Source: Toensbergia leucococca (taxonomy: Eukaryota). From it: a stretch of 53,747 nucleotides of DNA. The notes below the pieces were generated by a model. That model saw only the letters and a program-made list of their open reading frames with translations, did not search any database and had not been told where the DNA came from. Below are positions 50,832 through 53,747 of the stretch, in pieces. The DNA lies in contig JALDZS010000161.1 in NCBI GenBank assembly GCA_022813965.1, positions 1-53,747 of the forward strand, in the 5' to 3' direction. Position numbers and translations under genes: made by a program. Each line of letters starts with the position of its first letter. Positions within the stretch are counted from its first letter, which is position 1.

Positions 50832-51474
50832 GATGTTGCTAGGTACCTAAGGATGCACTTTAGGCCTTTGAGGCCAGCAGGAGAATGTGGGATTTTTTAG
50901 GATCGGTCGCCGTAGAATATTCAGAAATGTTCTGTCACTCCTCCTGTCAAGTGAGGCTGGGTCGAGATAAGACGGGTAATCCCCCGCCTTTAGCAGAAGC
51001 TTGTTTCGCACACGATGCCACAATAGGAGATTAGTGTCAGGAAGACGCAGATCTTGAAACCAAAGCGAAACTAAAGCACAACTAAAGCGCACACTAGGCT
51101 CAGAATTCCTGCTTGTAGGTTGCTAGCTGCCCCGATGATGCAAGGGCTGGGGAATGCGACATCTAGATCTAGAACACGAATTCGCAATCCCTATCTAGGA
51201 TATTTAAGTGTGCCAGAGTAGTGAGTTGCGATACCCGCTCTTATTAGAATACCGCTTTACGACCTGATTCCTGGATTTATCTCAGCCTCCAGGAATGATA
51301 CCAATGTCCAAGTCACACATCGTTCATCGACGGCGCAGTCAACCCCTTCACCCTCTGCGTGCTTGAAACATTATGAACCAGCCCATCTATTCATTACAAT
51401 ATCTCATGCCCGTTATTCTTTCTTCCATTTCTTCTGCATTTCCACTCATATAATACAATCTTTGATCACCCGGA

Positions 51475-53141
51475 ATGATCTTAGAGCCCAATCAATATTC
51501 ATGCATCATGACCCTTCGAAATCTCGAAAATACTACACTTCTCACTAAGAAAAGCGAGGACGATTTGACTGATATATTCCACCACAGCCCTACCGCCTCC
51601 GCATCCGAATTCCTGCTCGACGACAGTCTCTACGTTCCTAGTTACCCCAGGTCTTCACTCTGGACCACATGTCGTTCCTTCTTTCCCCTTGGTGGTGCTG
51701 GCCGAAAAGAAAGATCCAAAAGTAGCTTAGGAAATGGCAATCTATGTTTTGAAAGGTCAAAGCCATCTAGACGGAGAGGCATCCGTGTGTGTCTGATAAT
51801 GACTGTTGGCATTCTAGTATCACTGTAGGTACTCTCCTTGTTGACAGTCTATTAGGGATTGCTGTAGCTCACACACAAATTAGTGGCATCTTCCAGCTTT
51901 TTACTATTACTGTTGGATTGATCACAGCTTTCTTTCCCGACGATATCCAACGACTTATAGAATCCTGGGGCCAGCTAGGCCATGGCCAAAGCCTTTCATC
52001 ATGGCCCACTGACTTTACCCGTGACATAACCCCCATACCCTGTCATTCACATAATGACTACTGGCGCCATGTACCTTTATATTCTGCTATCAGTGCAGGG
52101 TGTATTGGCGTTGAAGCTGACGTCTGGCTTTTTGACAAAGACCTGTACGTTGGCCATAGCACTGCAAGTCTTACCCGCAATCGTACCCTCAAAACCCTCT
52201 ACATCGACCCTCTGCTCGATGTCCTTTCAAAGCAGAATCCTACAACATACTTCCACCCTTACCAAAATACAAACCCGCACGGTGTATTTGACACGAATCC
52301 TTCTCAAACCTTGGTCCTTCTGATTGACTTCAAGACCGATGGTCCCGCCTTGTGGCCTTTTGTTCACTCTGCTCTTGAGCCACTTCGGAGCCGTAAATAT
52401 CTCACCTACCTCAATGGAACAGAACTGGTCCACGGTCCAATCACTGTCGTCGGCACAGGCAACACTCCATTCAATCTCGTCACGTCTGACACCTCAAACC
52501 CTCAACATGATATCTTCTTCGATGCTCCTCTCGATGAAATGTGGGAAGACCGCGAATGGGAAGAAACGCATGGGTGGCCTGAGTGGGATGAAGGTTCTCC
52601 TGGGGAAGTGTTGGTTGAGGATGAGGGCTCAGCTGAAGAAGACCAACTTTTTAAGGATTCTCCTACACGAAAAGGACGGCATGTGTACAAGCCAGAACAG
52701 CACAGGAGCTATGTAGCAGACCCCAACAGATCGAAAAAGCTTGCTCACGTTGAAACAACAACGTTGGAGCAGGAACCCGGAGTGACTGAAGCCGATAAAG
52801 TGCCAGGAAACACGGGTACCCACATTCCAATGTATCGTGATATTTACACGACTGCAAACTCCTATTATGCCAGCGTCTCCTTTGGGAAGTCGATAGGGCG
52901 CATGTGGCGAAATCGGTTGTCCTCTCGACAGATGGGGCTCATCCGCGGTCAGGTTAGAGGTGCACATCGAAGGGGACTAAAAGTCAGATACTGGGACCTG
53001 CCAAGTTGGCCGATTGGTCTAAGGAATCATGTCTGGGATGTGCTGGTTAGAGAAGGGGTGGATCTTCTCAATGTGGATGATCTGAGAGGTGCAACGCAGA
53101 AGAGTTGGCGGCACAAGCATAAGTGGTGGAGGTGGAGCTGA
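51475..53141 (+). CDS. AIM6: AIM6-family PLC-like phosphodiesterase with N-terminal TM anchor
   Basis: Exons 51475 (or 51508)-51824 and 51884-53141. PCHSHNDYWR, GVEADVW, LYVGH, LLIDFK, VVGTGN, VRYW, LNVDDL. Confidence 0.85.
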
Positions 53142-53747
53142 AAGAGCTTTCAAGGCATGAAAATGAGTTTAAGCCCGTGAGACTACTGTTTCCGCCCACT
53201 GTGCTAGCGAACACCGGAGCACTGCTCGATCGCCACTATCCGCCCCCCCACCCAACGTACCTACCGCTCAGGTCTCACTCATGGGTATAAATGCCGCTGC
53301 GCTTCTTGAGACCCAGGATCGAATGCGAGCAGCAGGTAGCAGGCTTCCCTGCTGCGTTCAAGAAGTTCATACCGAAGCGGCGAAGCAAGCAAACATAGCT
53401 GACCGTATCCTCAGGGGTTTTCCCGAGATGGCTGACATACTGTGTGTTGCAAATATTGGTAGGGAAATACTATATTGTCAACATGTAGAGTATTGATTTG
53501 GGAAATTTGGGTAGAACAGACGAGTATACAGTAGCAAAACAGTACCATTTCATTATCATTAGAAACTTTATGACATACCAAGATATTACAGGATCTTGTC
53601 CCTGTAATACTTTTCCTTTACGGAGCAGTCATCCTACCTGACCAACACCATTATCTCGCCCTCACTAGGTATCTCATTCTTCACCCTTTCTCAACTCTCG
53701 ACAATTCCATCGCTTGCCCCGCTCGCTACCTACTTTTCTTCGTTGTT

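Overview
Intron-rich eukaryotic DNA from a filamentous ascomycete (Pezizomycotina; lichen-forming Lecanoromycetes is plausible but not provable from this window). Mostly housekeeping genes, with exons reconstructed by hand from splice signals: a partial Zn-dependent formaldehyde/alcohol dehydrogenase, POT1, importin alpha, DNA polymerase delta (POL3), phospholipase D, cyanate hydratase, an intron-containing tRNA-Ser(CGA), a C2H2 protein, a DHHC palmitoyltransferase (PFA3), a rhomboid protease, a CCCH protein, TRAP-alpha, aprataxin (HNT3), a DEAH helicase, an AIM6-like phosphodiesterase and several conserved hypotheticals. AT-rich, CpG-poor repeat relics lie between them. The standout is a tiny intron-split gene at 18059-18230 that the ORF track cannot show. 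Spliced, it encodes MSPTTNAAPQEVPQPVVSRGNPGYGCTVM*, a CaaX-terminated peptide resembling an a-factor-class mating pheromone precursor, about 4.3 kb from cyanate hydratase. Also notable: a secreted Cys-repeat/His-rich orphan with Kex2 sites, a stop-free 162-nt in-frame intron in PLD, a GC-AG intron, and a candidate structured RNA at about 32.25-32.43 kb.
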